Assembly (NCBI GenBank): GCA_016214565.1
Contig: JACROE010000002.1
Location: 792,007-856,006 of the forward strand
Reading direction: 5' to 3'
DNA from: Candidatus Kerfeldbacteria bacterium
GTDB lineage: Bacteria; Patescibacteriota; Patescibacteriia; UBA10025; JAHIVO01
DNA length: 64,000 nt
The stretch's first letter is position 1. Each line of letters opens with the position of its first letter. Shown here piece after piece: positions 10,321-19,774 of the stretch. A program made the translations under genes and the position numbers. Under the pieces are notes generated by a model. It saw only the letters and a program-made list of their open reading frames with translations. It searched no databases and had not been told where the DNA came from.

Positions 10321-10797
10321 ATGCGAACACGCTTAGCGCTCTTCATCGCTACGGGATTCGGCAGTGGGTATCTGCCTATTGGGCCAGGGAGTTGGGGTTC
10401 GTTCATGATGGCAGTCGCCGCCTGGTGGTTACTGGGACTTCCCTGGTGGCTGTACGGCACTATCATGGTGGGTATTTTTATTATCGGTCTATGGGCAAGT
10501 CAGATCGCCGATCCGTTATTACCCCACGTGAAAGGCGGGACGCATGATAGTACACATATAGTGATCGATGAATGGGTGGGTATGCTTATTACGTTTATCC
10601 CCTTATTTTGGTATGACGTAACGTTATTGCACCTTACCATGGGCTTTTTGATTTTCCGCATTTTTGACACGTTGAAATTCGGATTGGCTCGGTGGGCCGA
10701 TCGATGGGGAAGCTCGTGGGGGGTCATGGTTGATGACGTTTTTGCGGGCATGCATGCTGCGCTTGTTTTTTGGGCAGCCTTGTTAATTATGTATTAA
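10321..10797 (+). CDS. pgpA: Phosphatidylglycerophosphatase A
   Basis: GFGSG..PGSWGS, IVIDEWVGM, FRIFD..K, GVMVDDVFAG. Confidence 0.92.
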   Translation: MRTRLALFIATGFGSGYLPIGPGSWGSFMMAVAAWWLLGLPWWLYGTIMVGIFIIGLWASQIADPLLPHVKGGTHDSTHIVIDEWVGMLITFIPLFWYDVTLLHLTMGFLIFRIFDTLKFGLARWADRWGSSWGVMVDDVFAGMHAALVFWAALLIMY

Positions 10798-10904
10798 GCG
10801 ATTGGGACGTTTTTGATCAGGCGGCGCCAGGGTAATTTGTTTTTTGTTACTTTACAAATACCTAAAAAAATGGTACTCTGAGTATAGAAAAATAAAAATT
10901 CACT

Positions 10905-11300
10905 ATGTCCCAAAACATCATTTTCGCCACGCTGAAGTACATAGCGATTGAGATCCTGTGGGACATTCTCTATTTTCCGATCTGGTGGTATTCAAAAGGA
11001 TTGGTACGGGCGATTACCCGAGCGACTGAAAGCGCCACATTTCACCTGCAACGACGGGTGGCTTTGGGTATCTGGCTGCGCAGCATGTTTAAACCGATGT
11101 ATGGCGACGCAACAAAAGAGGGGCGCATCATCAGCATCGTATTTCGTATTATCATTTTAGGTTGGAAGATTATTATCGCCGGGTTATGGATTATCCTGCT
11201 TTTTTTAGGCGTGGCACTTTGGGTAGCCTTGCCGATCATAATTGGCTATTACATTTTCTTTCAGGTAACCGATATTACTTTTTTCAGATTTGATCTATAG
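10905..11300 (+). CDS. Conserved-looking membrane protein coupled to the Clp ATPase
   Basis: YFPIWWY and MFKPMYG..GRIIS..FR motifs; ends 2 nt before the Clp gene. Confidence 0.7.
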   Translation: MSQNIIFATLKYIAIEILWDILYFPIWWYSKGLVRAITRATESATFHLQRRVALGIWLRSMFKPMYGDATKEGRIISIVFRIIILGWKIIIAGLWIILLFLGVALWVALPIIIGYYIFFQVTDITFFRFDL

Positions 11301-11302
11301 CT

Positions 11303-14038
11303 ATGCCGAAATCTCGAGGACAAAGTTTCGTCATACTTGAAGGGGAGCCGAATACCCCCGCCTTTATTGATACCTATCCGGTTTTTGCCTGGCTCGAGGG
11401 ACACGCGTTGTATTGGAAAAAGAAATTAGATACTCTGCATATTTTTGAAGAAGCGCTCGAGCGCTCGGTCAAAGGGCTGATCAACGGCTTTTTACTCCTT
11501 TTTGGATTATTGGGTTTGGGCGCACTCGGTGTGACGATTTATGCGGTGCTGCAGGAGGGGGGGCAGATCGGGGATGTCTTTTTACGGAAAAATGGGTTAA
11601 TGGGCATCTTTGCGATAAGCTTGTTATCTGACTTGTACGCTTATTATCGGATGTCACGCGAATCATTGCTTGATCGCTCGGTCATGGGGCGTTCATTTGA
11701 CCCTATTTTGACCGATGAAAATCCCGTAGTTATTCTTGAGCGTTTGCAGGCCGATCGCGCGACAGACTGGATTGACGTCTCGCAATGTTTGACGCCAAAT
11801 AGCCAGCGCCACGTGGAAGACGCTTGGCAATTAGCACGCAAATTGCGTCACGCGTATGTCGTGCCGCTGCATCTGACTGCGTCACTTCTGAATCATACGG
11901 ATACCAAAGTTGTGTTAGGCCGACTCGGCGTAGATGGCAAAGCTCTGGTAGAGCGCATTTCTCGCGGTTTGGGTAGAATACCGGTGGGCGATGGACGCGT
12001 CGCTATTGGCAGTACATTTCTCCAGGTTGTGTTACGTTCGTATGCTGAGGCATACTATGATCGCCGATCGCGTATTGATGTGGCACAATTACTGACTGCG
12101 CTGATTCAGATGGATGCTCAGACGCAGGAGATTTTTTATGATTTGGAAATAGAACAGCAAGATATAATTAATGCCGTAGAGTGGATCAATATTCAGCATC
12201 GTCTAGCTGAGCGTTGGAGTTCTCAGCGCATGAAAGCTGCCTATAAATCAAAGGGCGTGATGAATAAATCTATGACCGCTCAGGCCACGCCGCTCCTCGA
12301 TCGCTTTTCGTCTGATTTAACTCAGCTGGCTCGGCGCGGCGTCTTGCCTCCAACGATTGGCCGGGATCGTGAGCTGGATGAAGTGCTACGCATTATCGAA
12401 GGGGGCAAGAATGTTATCCTAGCGGGCAATCCCGGTGTAGGGAAGACAAGCATTGTTGAGGGTATTGCTGAAATGATGGCGACTGAAGAGGTTCCGGAAG
12501 TGTTGCAGGACCGGCGATTTGTGAGCTTATCAGTCGCTTCATTAGTTGGAGCGGCTGGCCGTCAGGGCGAGCTCGAAGCATTATTTCTCCAAATCATAAA
12601 TGAAGTGGTACGCTCCGGTAATATTGTTATGTTTATTGATAACATCCAGAACATGGTGGGCGTATCTACTCAAGGTGCAGAGAATATGGATATTGCGGCC
12701 ATGCTGGCTAATGCATTATCTAAGCGATTATTTTTCTGCATTGCCACCACCACGACCCAGGATTACCGTCGCTACATCGAGGGATCCAGCTCATTGACTT
12801 CTGTATTCCAGAAAGTCCAAGTACTTGAGCCGGATACGAATGGTGCGATTCAAATTTTGCAGGGCAAAGCATCTGGCATTGAAGCAAAGAATGAAATATT
12901 TTTCTCCTATCAATCAATCCGCAAAACAGTCGAATTTTCTGAGCGATATATTCACGATCGGTATTTACCGGAAAAAGCAATTGCATTGCTTGAGGAGATT
13001 GGTGTATATGTGCGCAAGAAGCGTGGCAAAAATTCCATTGTGACTACCGAAGATGTCGCAGAAATAGTTTCGAATAAAACAAATGTACCGGTAACCAAAC
13101 TGACTCAACAAGAGACGGAAAAATTATTAAACATGGAACAATTAATCCACGAGCGCATGGTTGACCAAGAGGAAGCGGTGTCGGCGGTGGCTACTGCCCT
13201 GCGTCGGGCTCGCGCTGAATTGCGCGATTTGAATCGGCCGATCGTCAATCTCTTGTTCCTGGGGCCGACTGGTGTGGGTAAAACCGAACTGGCCAAAACA
13301 GTAGCTGATATTTATTTCGGAGCCGAGGAAAATATGATCCGCTTGGATATGTCCGAATACCAAGAGCAAGCCTCAATTAATCGGTTAATTGGAGCGCCCC
13401 CAGGATACAGCGGCGGTGGCCAAGGCGGATTCCTCACTGAAGCAGTGCGCGCCCAGCCATTCTCACTGGTACTCCTGGATGAAATCGAAAAAGCCCATCC
13501 GGATATTCTCAATGTATTCCTCCAAGTGATGGACGATGGTCGATTGACTGACACCCTTGGTCGTACGATTGATTTCACGAACACCATCATCATTGCTACA
13601 TCGAATGCCGGTTCGCAGTTAATTCAAGATCGTATTCGGGAGAAGGCGACGCTGGAGGGTATCCGCGATGAGTTGATTAACCAAGCGCTCAAGCCGTACT
13701 TCCGGCCAGAGTTCCTTAACCGTTTTGACAACATCGTCGTCTTCAAGCCGTTGGCCATGGAGGATATTATTCAAATCGTCGATCTGATGTTGAAACAGGT
13801 GGCCAAGCGATTAGCGCTCAAGGGAATTCGACTGGAGGCAAGCGCCGCAGCCAAAGAAGAATTAGCCCGCGAAGGATTTGATCCGGTGTTTGGTGCCCGT
13901 CCTTTACGCCGTGCCATTCAAGACAAAGTGGATAATGCGTTAGCCACCTATTTATTGCAAGGCCGCTTGAGCCGTCGCGACGTGGCCGTGCTTGAGGTGG
14001 GCGGTCGTATTTCAGTGAGACAAGCAGAAGCGTTATAA
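11303..14038 (+). CDS. ClpA/B/C-family AAA+ ATPase with N-terminal TM helices
   Basis: Two TMs, Clp-N repeats, GNPGVGKT, GPTGVGKT, RLDMSEY, LLDEIEKAH, FRPEFLNR, GARPLRR. Confidence 0.9.
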   Translation: MPKSRGQSFVILEGEPNTPAFIDTYPVFAWLEGHALYWKKKLDTLHIFEEALERSVKGLINGFLLLFGLLGLGALGVTIYAVLQEGGQIGDVFLRKNGLMGIFAISLLSDLYAYYRMSRESLLDRSVMGRSFDPILTDENPVVILERLQADRATDWIDVSQCLTPNSQRHVEDAWQLARKLRHAYVVPLHLTASLLNHTDTKVVLGRLGVDGKALVERISRGLGRIPVGDGRVAIGSTFLQVVLRSYAEAYYDRRSRIDVAQLLTALIQMDAQTQEIFYDLEIEQQDIINAVEWINIQHRLAERWSSQRMKAAYKSKGVMNKSMTAQATPLLDRFSSDLTQLARRGVLPPTIGRDRELDEVLRIIEGGKNVILAGNPGVGKTSIVEGIAEMMATEEVPEVLQDRRFVSLSVASLVGAAGRQGELEALFLQIINEVVRSGNIVMFIDNIQNMVGVSTQGAENMDIAAMLANALSKRLFFCIATTTTQDYRRYIEGSSSLTSVFQKVQVLEPDTNGAIQILQGKASGIEAKNEIFFSYQSIRKTVEFSERYIHDRYLPEKAIALLEEIGVYVRKKRGKNSIVTTEDVAEIVSNKTNVPVTKLTQQETEKLLNMEQLIHERMVDQEEAVSAVATALRRARAELRDLNRPIVNLLFLGPTGVGKTELAKTVADIYFGAEENMIRLDMSEYQEQASINRLIGAPPGYSGGGQGGFLTEAVRAQPFSLVLLDEIEKAHPDILNVFLQVMDDGRLTDTLGRTIDFTNTIIIATSNAGSQLIQDRIREKATLEGIRDELINQALKPYFRPEFLNRFDNIVVFKPLAMEDIIQIVDLMLKQVAKRLALKGIRLEASAAAKEELAREGFDPVFGARPLRRAIQDKVDNALATYLLQGRLSRRDVAVLEVGGRISVRQAEAL

Positions 14039-14053
14039 AATAATTATATACCC

Positions 14054-14530
14054 ATGACTACGTACAGCCATCCGGGCGTATTGCCTGATGAAAAAATAAA
14101 ACAGAAGCGTGCCCGCTTGCAGACGAATAAGGGCACTATTGTATTCGAATTGTTTGCGGATGATGCGCCCGCGACCGTGAGCAACTTCGTCTATCTGACG
14201 GAGGCGGACTACTACAATGGCGTGACGTTTCATCGGGTGGTGCCGGGTTTTGTCATCCAGGGCGGCGATCCGACGGGTACTGGCGCCGGTGGTCCGGGAT
14301 ATCGATTTCCCGATGAGCCGGTGCGGCGGGAATATGATGAAGGCATTGTGGCCATGGCCAATGCAGGACCGGATACCAATGGCTCGCAATTTTTTATTAT
14401 GTTAGCTGATAATAATAGCTTGCCAAAAGCGTATACCATCTTTGGCAAGGTGATTGAGGGCATGGATGTCGTCAAACGCATTGTTGCTGGGGACGTGATG
14501 GAACACGTGCGGATAGAATCTGGGGAATAA
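14054..14530 (+). CDS. Cyclophilin-type peptidyl-prolyl isomerase
   Basis: FHRVVPGFVIQGGDP, AMANAGPDTNGSQFFI. Confidence 0.95.
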   Translation: MTTYSHPGVLPDEKIKQKRARLQTNKGTIVFELFADDAPATVSNFVYLTEADYYNGVTFHRVVPGFVIQGGDPTGTGAGGPGYRFPDEPVRREYDEGIVAMANAGPDTNGSQFFIMLADNNSLPKAYTIFGKVIEGMDVVKRIVAGDVMEHVRIESGE

Positions 14531-14579
14531 AAAAAATCGCCTCAATCGGCGGTTGTCGTTAGACCAGAGCTCGCGATGC

Positions 14580-14957
14580 TTATGAAGCTACTTCTTGGGT
14601 TTGGTTGATGACAAATGATACCAGTGCCCAGGATAGCAAAATGACCACCAGCCCGATTACCGCGGCGCGGAGGATTTCTTTTGCTTTGCGGACTTTTTCT
14701 TCATTGCCGGCAGACGTCATCCACATCACCCCGCCAATCAGCACCATAATAACCGCGACCAACCCTAATACCCCGAGTGCCCATTGGATGACATTAACCG
14801 TGATTGTTTGCGGGTCTTCGTCAGGCAACTTGGTTGCTTGCTTGATTTTCCCTTCGGGATCAAATTGCACGCCATAAAAGGTCTGCGCCCAGGCGGTTTT
14901 GACCGTGGTCGCCAGTAGCGTGAGAGTGCCGAGGGAAATGAGAGCAATGCGTTTCAT
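14580..14957 (-). CDS. TrbC/VirB2-like pilin typical of CPR
   Basis: Signal peptide, then two TMs linked by WMTSAGNEEKVRKAK..AVIGL; TTGACA-N18-TATACT 6 nt before the ATG. Confidence 0.8.
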   Translation of the reverse strand: MKRIALISLGTLTLLATTVKTAWAQTFYGVQFDPEGKIKQATKLPDEDPQTITVNVIQWALGVLGLVAVIMVLIGGVMWMTSAGNEEKVRKAKEILRAAVIGLVVILLSWALVSFVINQTQEVAS

Positions 14958-15044
14958 AGGCATAGTATAGCTTGGTTTTTAAGGTATTGTCAACGAATAT
15001 CACATTGCCAAAAAGGTTCAGAAACGTTATACTTGAGAACAATT

Positions 15045-16394
15045 ATGGCGGAATTATCACCCATGGAAAAAGTCATCTCCCTTGCCAAGCGGCGGGGTTT
15101 TATATTTCAATCCGGCGAAATCTACGGCGGCCTACAAGGGTTTTGGGATTTTGGCCCCCTGGGTGTTGAGTTGAAAAATAACATCAAGAAGTCCTGGTGG
15201 AAGCGATTTGTCCAGGGACGAGCAAATGTGGTTGGGCAGGATGCGGCCATTGTGACCAATCCGACGGTGTGGCAGAAGAGCGGCCACGTGGGCGGCTTTG
15301 CTGACACGTTAGTTGAGTGCAAAAAATGCCATCACCGGTTCAAGGCTGATGATTTAGCTGATACCAAGAAATGCCCTGATTGCGGCGGAACACTGACCGA
15401 GGCAAAGCAATTCAATACTATGTTCAAAACATTTGTCGGCCCAACTGAGGATTCCGCTAGTGTGGCATATTTGCGTCCGGAAACCGCGCAGAATATTTTT
15501 GTAAATTTTGAATTGGTGCGACAGTCGATGCGATTGAAAGTGCCCTTTGGCATTGGGCAGATCGGCAAAGCCTTCCGCAATGAAATCACCCCGGGCAATT
15601 TTATTTTCCGCTCGCGTGAATTTGAACAAATGGAGCTGGAGTATTTCATTAATCCAAAAGACGACGAAAAAGAATTTAAGGCATGGGTTGAGGCTAGCAT
15701 GCAGTGGTTCCTCGATTTGGGTATTAAGAAAGATAATTTACGTTTCTTCGAACAACCCAAGTCGGAACTTGCGCATTATTCAAAAGCCACCACGGACATC
15801 GAATACAATTTTCCTTTCTCCTCCAAAGGCGGATCCGCCTCTGGAGGAGACAAAGGCTGGTCAGAGCTGATGGGTATTGCCAACCGAACTGACTTTGACC
15901 TGAAGGCGCACGGTTTATCTTATCGCGATGAAGTGTCTAATGAAACATTTGTACCGTATGTGATAGAGCCGTCGGCTGGCGTGGATCGTGCGGCGTTAGC
16001 ATTTCTTATTGATGCCTATACGGAAATCAGCGGCGGACGCAGTACCACCACCGAGAGCAACAAAGAACAAGAAGTGGTGTTGCGGCTGCATAAAGAATTA
16101 GCGCCAATCAAAGTCGCCGTACTTCCATTGTCCAAAAAAGATGAAGTATCGGGTCCAGCCAAAGAAATTGCACAGACATTGCGCCAGCATTGGACCATCC
16201 AATATGATGACATTGCCTCTATCGGCCGACGCTATCGTCGTCAAGACGAAATCGGTACGCCCTACTGCGTCACCTATGATTTTGATAGCAATACTGATAA
16301 ACAAGTGACTGTCCGTGATCGGGATACGATGACCCAGGAACGAATACCCGTCGGGGATTTAGTAGAGTATTTGGGGAAAAAGCTTAGTAGCTAG
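15045..16394 (+). CDS. glyQS: Glycine--tRNA ligase, alpha2 type
   Basis: KRRGF, YLRPETAQ, IGKAFRNEITP, EPSAGVDR, IGRRYRRQDEIGTP. Confidence 0.96.
   Translation: MAELSPMEKVISLAKRRGFIFQSGEIYGGLQGFWDFGPLGVELKNNIKKSWWKRFVQGRANVVGQDAAIVTNPTVWQKSGHVGGFADTLVECKKCHHRFKADDLADTKKCPDCGGTLTEAKQFNTMFKTFVGPTEDSASVAYLRPETAQNIFVNFELVRQSMRLKVPFGIGQIGKAFRNEITPGNFIFRSREFEQMELEYFINPKDDEKEFKAWVEASMQWFLDLGIKKDNLRFFEQPKSELAHYSKATTDIEYNFPFSSKGGSASGGDKGWSELMGIANRTDFDLKAHGLSYRDEVSNETFVPYVIEPSAGVDRAALAFLIDAYTEISGGRSTTTESNKEQEVVLRLHKELAPIKVAVLPLSKKDEVSGPAKEIAQTLRQHWTIQYDDIASIGRRYRRQDEIGTPYCVTYDFDSNTDKQVTVRDRDTMTQERIPVGDLVEYLGKKLSS
15817..15850. repeat. 34-bp palindrome inserted in frame in glyQS
   Basis: TCTCCTCCAAAGGCGGATCCGCCTCTGGAGGAGA is self-complementary with one mismatched pair; it lies in the segment encoding SSKGGSASGGD. 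Confidence 0.85.
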
Positions 16395-16404
16395 CGAATA
16401 TGTA

Positions 16405-16462
16405 GTCATTAGTGCCCGCAGGGCGGGAGATTCTTCACCGGCTTTGCCGGTTTCAGAATGAC
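16405..16462. repeat. REP-like nested palindromic element
   Basis: GTCATT..AATGAC termini enclose the hairpins CCCGCAGGGCGGG and ACCGGCTTTGCCGGT, plus GAGATTCTTC. Confidence 0.6.
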
Positions 16463-16473
16463 AACGGCCATAT

Positions 16474-16917
16474 ATGAAATACACCATCACTCGACTATCT
16501 CAAAAGCACCTGACTCAAGAATTTTTTGAGGCACTGATGAATTTATCAAAATCAGTACAGGTGAGCATTCCGCGCGCCAGGCAGACATTTAAGAAAATTC
16601 AGCGTAATAAAAATCAAGTTCATTTGGTGGCCGTAGATCAGCGCGGCATGGTGCTTGGCTTGACCACGCTTATTCTGGAGCAAAAGTTTGTGCATAATTT
16701 CCGGATGATGGGGCATATCGAAGACGTGGTTGTACGTCCGGCTTATGAACGGCGGGGTATTGGTCGGGCACTGATTCGTCAGGCGATTGCTGAAGCGAAA
16801 AAGGCTGGCTGCTACCGATTGCGCCTGTTCTGCGCTGACCACAATCTACCATTTTACCGCAAGGCAGGCTTTCGGCCGCATGAAAATGCCATGCAACTTG
16901 ATTTAATTAAAAAATAA
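16474..16917 (+). CDS. GNAT acetyltransferase, glucosamine-6-P N-acetyltransferase (GNA1)-like
   Basis: LILEQKFVH, GHIEDVVV, RRGIG, GCYRLRLFC..NLPFYRKAGF. Confidence 0.75.
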   Translation: MKYTITRLSQKHLTQEFFEALMNLSKSVQVSIPRARQTFKKIQRNKNQVHLVAVDQRGMVLGLTTLILEQKFVHNFRMMGHIEDVVVRPAYERRGIGRALIRQAIAEAKKAGCYRLRLFCADHNLPFYRKAGFRPHENAMQLDLIKK

Positions 16918-16931
16918 AGCTTACCATCTCC

Positions 16932-18197
16932 ATGTTCACCACCCATACCCTGAAAAATGGCATGCGCGTTATCGTCGCTCCGCTACGGGATACTAAAGCC
17001 GTGACGCTTCTAGTCTTAGTCAAAGTCGGCTCTCGATTTGAGGCGCGGAATATCAATGGTATTTCGCATTTTGTGGAGCACTTGATGTTCAAGGGCACCA
17101 CCAAGCGGCCGACGGCACTGAAGATTACTCGTGAATTGGACGGCATTGGTGCGGAGTACAATGCTTTCACCTCAAAAGACGTGACGGGGTATTATATCAA
17201 AGCTCATATTGATAAATTACCATTGCTTCTCGACATGCTGTCAGACATGCTGCAACATTCGATTTTTGATCCCAAGGAAATTGAGCGGGAGCGCGGCGTC
17301 ATCATTGAGGAAATCAATATGTACGAGGATAATCCCTTGATGATGATGGAAGATGTGTTTGAACAAACGGTGTGGGGTGATCATCCGCTAGGCTGGAATA
17401 TCGCCGGTCCGAAATCAGTTATTCAGAAAGTAACTCGCCAGCAATTATTGGATTACTACAACACCTATTACCGACCGACCAACATGTTGGTGGCTGTATC
17501 TGGAAACGTCAGCGAAACGGTGGTGGATGATATTAGTCGGCACTTTGCGCGCGGCACTTCCCAGAAAAAATCCTATTCTTTCCGCGCTGTTCCACCGGTA
17601 CAGCGGGAGCCGCATGTCATGGTGAAGAAAAAAGATACCGAGCAGATTCAACTGGGCCTTGGGTTCCCCGCGTATCCGCATGGGCATAAGGATTTATACC
17701 CACTCTACTTATTGAATGTGATTATGGGTGGTAATATGAGCTCTCGACTGTTCATGTCGATTCGTGAGAAAAAAGGATTGTGTTATTTTATCCGCACCAG
17801 CGTGAATCCGTATGAGGACACGGGTATTTTTATGGTACAGGCTGGCTTGGATAAGTCTCGGATTGATGAAGCGGTCACCGCCATTCTGGAAGAGCTGAAT
17901 AAGGTGAAGGTAGCCGGGATTACTTCCGCAGAATTGAAGAAAGCGCGCGAATTTATTAAGGGTAAATTGATCCTTGATCTGGAAGCGTCTGATGAAGTTG
18001 CCTCGTGGCTGGCTCGACAAATGCTTTTTGAGAAAAAAGTTAAAACGCCAGCCGAAATGATTGAACGATTGGAGAAGGTAACCATCGCCGACATTAAACG
18101 AGTGGCACGCGATGTGATTCGGCGCGACCGCATTAATCTCGCCCTGATTGGGCCATTGGATTCAGCTGAGCGATTTTCCCGATTATTAAAGGTATAG
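16932..18197 (+). CDS. M16 family zinc peptidase
   Basis: GISHFVEHLMFKGT (HxxEH), YNAFT, ERGVIIEE, GGNMSSRLF..IREKKGLCY. Confidence 0.93.
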   Translation: MFTTHTLKNGMRVIVAPLRDTKAVTLLVLVKVGSRFEARNINGISHFVEHLMFKGTTKRPTALKITRELDGIGAEYNAFTSKDVTGYYIKAHIDKLPLLLDMLSDMLQHSIFDPKEIERERGVIIEEINMYEDNPLMMMEDVFEQTVWGDHPLGWNIAGPKSVIQKVTRQQLLDYYNTYYRPTNMLVAVSGNVSETVVDDISRHFARGTSQKKSYSFRAVPPVQREPHVMVKKKDTEQIQLGLGFPAYPHGHKDLYPLYLLNVIMGGNMSSRLFMSIREKKGLCYFIRTSVNPYEDTGIFMVQAGLDKSRIDEAVTAILEELNKVKVAGITSAELKKAREFIKGKLILDLEASDEVASWLARQMLFEKKVKTPAEMIERLEKVTIADIKRVARDVIRRDRINLALIGPLDSAERFSRLLKV

Positions 18198-18227
18198 TAT
18201 ACTGATTATTGGAGGATTTGCCGCAGT

Positions 18228-19289
18228 ATGAGTGAGCATCACGATAAGCAATTCACGATTAATATTTCGACCGGATCTATTGTTCGATTTCTGGTTATTT
18301 TAGCCGTATTGGGCATCGTGTATTTGCTGCGCGAGGTGATTTTGATTTTGATTGTGGCAATTATTATAGCCAGTGCGCTCAATCCCTGGGTGGCCAGTTT
18401 GCAGCGTCGGGGCATCCCGCGCATTGTGGCAACCCTGTGCATTTACATTTTATTTTTTGGTTCATTTATCGTGGTGTTGATGCTGATGATACCGCCGATT
18501 GCTGGACAGATTTCCGATATTGCCCATAATTTTCCGCAGTACTATAATCGGGTCGTCAATGATTTTCAGCAATTTCAGGATTTTTCATTGCAGCAGAAAG
18601 TATTGGATAATTTAGATTCAGTTTTCAAATCGCTGGAAACGAATATCGGAAAATCCAGCGGTGGTATCTTCAGTCTGCTCGGAGGAGTCTTCGGTGGTTT
18701 CTTTGCTTTCATTGGCGTGGTTGTCATTACTTTTTACATGTTGCTGGAGGACAACGCTCTCAAAACGTTTATCCGTTCAGTCACCCCAGTCAAATACCAG
18801 CCGTATGTTTTTCAGCTGGTGAATCGATCACAGGATAATTTGCGCATGTGGCTTAGAGGTCAATTAATTTTAAGTTTGATTATTGGCGTACTAACATATA
18901 TTGGATTAACTTTATTGGGCGTTGAATACGCGTTGGTATTAGCTCTCTGGGCGGCGCTGACTGAGTTTATTCCGTATCTGGGACCGACACTGGGCGCAAT
19001 TCCCGCGGTGTTTATTGGGTTGACCACGGGCAATTTTATTCAGGGTGTGGCGGTGGTTGGGCTGTACGTCGTTATTCAGCAATTAGAAAATCATCTGATC
19101 GTTCCGAAAGTCATGCAAAAGGCAGTCGGCCTCAATCCATTGGTGGTCATCGTATTGATGTTAGTTGGCGCAAAATTAGCGGGCATTCTCGGATTATTAC
19201 TGGCCGTGCCGTTTGGCTTGATAGTCAAGTCGTTCGTGGATGATTTTACGGCAACGAAAGAGGAGAAAGAGGCGGTACTCGAGAATTAA
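18228..19289 (+). CDS. AI-2E family transporter
   Basis: Multi-TM; WLRGQL, EFIPYLGP, QQLENHLIVPKVM, GLNP, GLLLAVP. Confidence 0.9.
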   Translation: MSEHHDKQFTINISTGSIVRFLVILAVLGIVYLLREVILILIVAIIIASALNPWVASLQRRGIPRIVATLCIYILFFGSFIVVLMLMIPPIAGQISDIAHNFPQYYNRVVNDFQQFQDFSLQQKVLDNLDSVFKSLETNIGKSSGGIFSLLGGVFGGFFAFIGVVVITFYMLLEDNALKTFIRSVTPVKYQPYVFQLVNRSQDNLRMWLRGQLILSLIIGVLTYIGLTLLGVEYALVLALWAALTEFIPYLGPTLGAIPAVFIGLTTGNFIQGVAVVGLYVVIQQLENHLIVPKVMQKAVGLNPLVVIVLMLVGAKLAGILGLLLAVPFGLIVKSFVDDFTATKEEKEAVLEN

Positions 19290-19322
19290 AAAAATGGAGC
19301 GACCGGGGAGGCCCGATCGCTC
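19288..19322 (-). terminator. Intrinsic terminator of the bS21-like unit
   Basis: GAGCGA..TCGCTC hairpin followed by T7 on the minus strand. Confidence 0.7.
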
Positions 19323-19344
19323 AGTGAAGTGGTAATGTTGAGAA

Positions 19345-19671
19345 TTACCGAGGTTTGAAATGAAGGTGGCTAGAAGTGCCTTCACGTTTTCTTTTGTTTG
19401 CCCGTTTATGGCGGGTCAACAATTTGTTTTTCCGAACCGATGGCGGTTCATAGCGCCCATAGGTGCGTCGTGTGTCCGCGGTAACGCGGGTTTTTTCCAG
19501 CAGGTGCCGGAGTCGACGGATGGCGCTTTCGATTGATTCGCCTTCACGGACACGCACGCCGCCATTTCCTGTTTTCCGGGATTTGATTGGCGGTGGTGGC
19601 TGACTCCACAGATACCCTCTTCCTCCCGTAGTCGGGCGGTCATACAAACCATAGGTTATGGGGTTGTACAT
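19345..19671 (-). CDS. Divergent ribosomal protein bS21-like protein with N-terminal extension
   Basis: VRVREGESIESAIRR...YEPPSVRK matches the bS21 core; GGAGG SD; TTGACT-N17-TATGCT promoter at 19773-19745. Confidence 0.7.
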   Translation of the reverse strand: MYNPITYGLYDRPTTGGRGYLWSQPPPPIKSRKTGNGGVRVREGESIESAIRRLRHLLEKTRVTADTRRTYGRYEPPSVRKNKLLTRHKRANKRKREGTSSHLHFKPR

Positions 19672-19774
19672 TGTTCCTCCTCAGTCGTTGTATTGGAGAC
19701 TATACTTGATTGACGAAAGTACGAGTAGCATTGTATGTTGGATGAGCATAGCAATGGCATATTAATTAGTCAAT

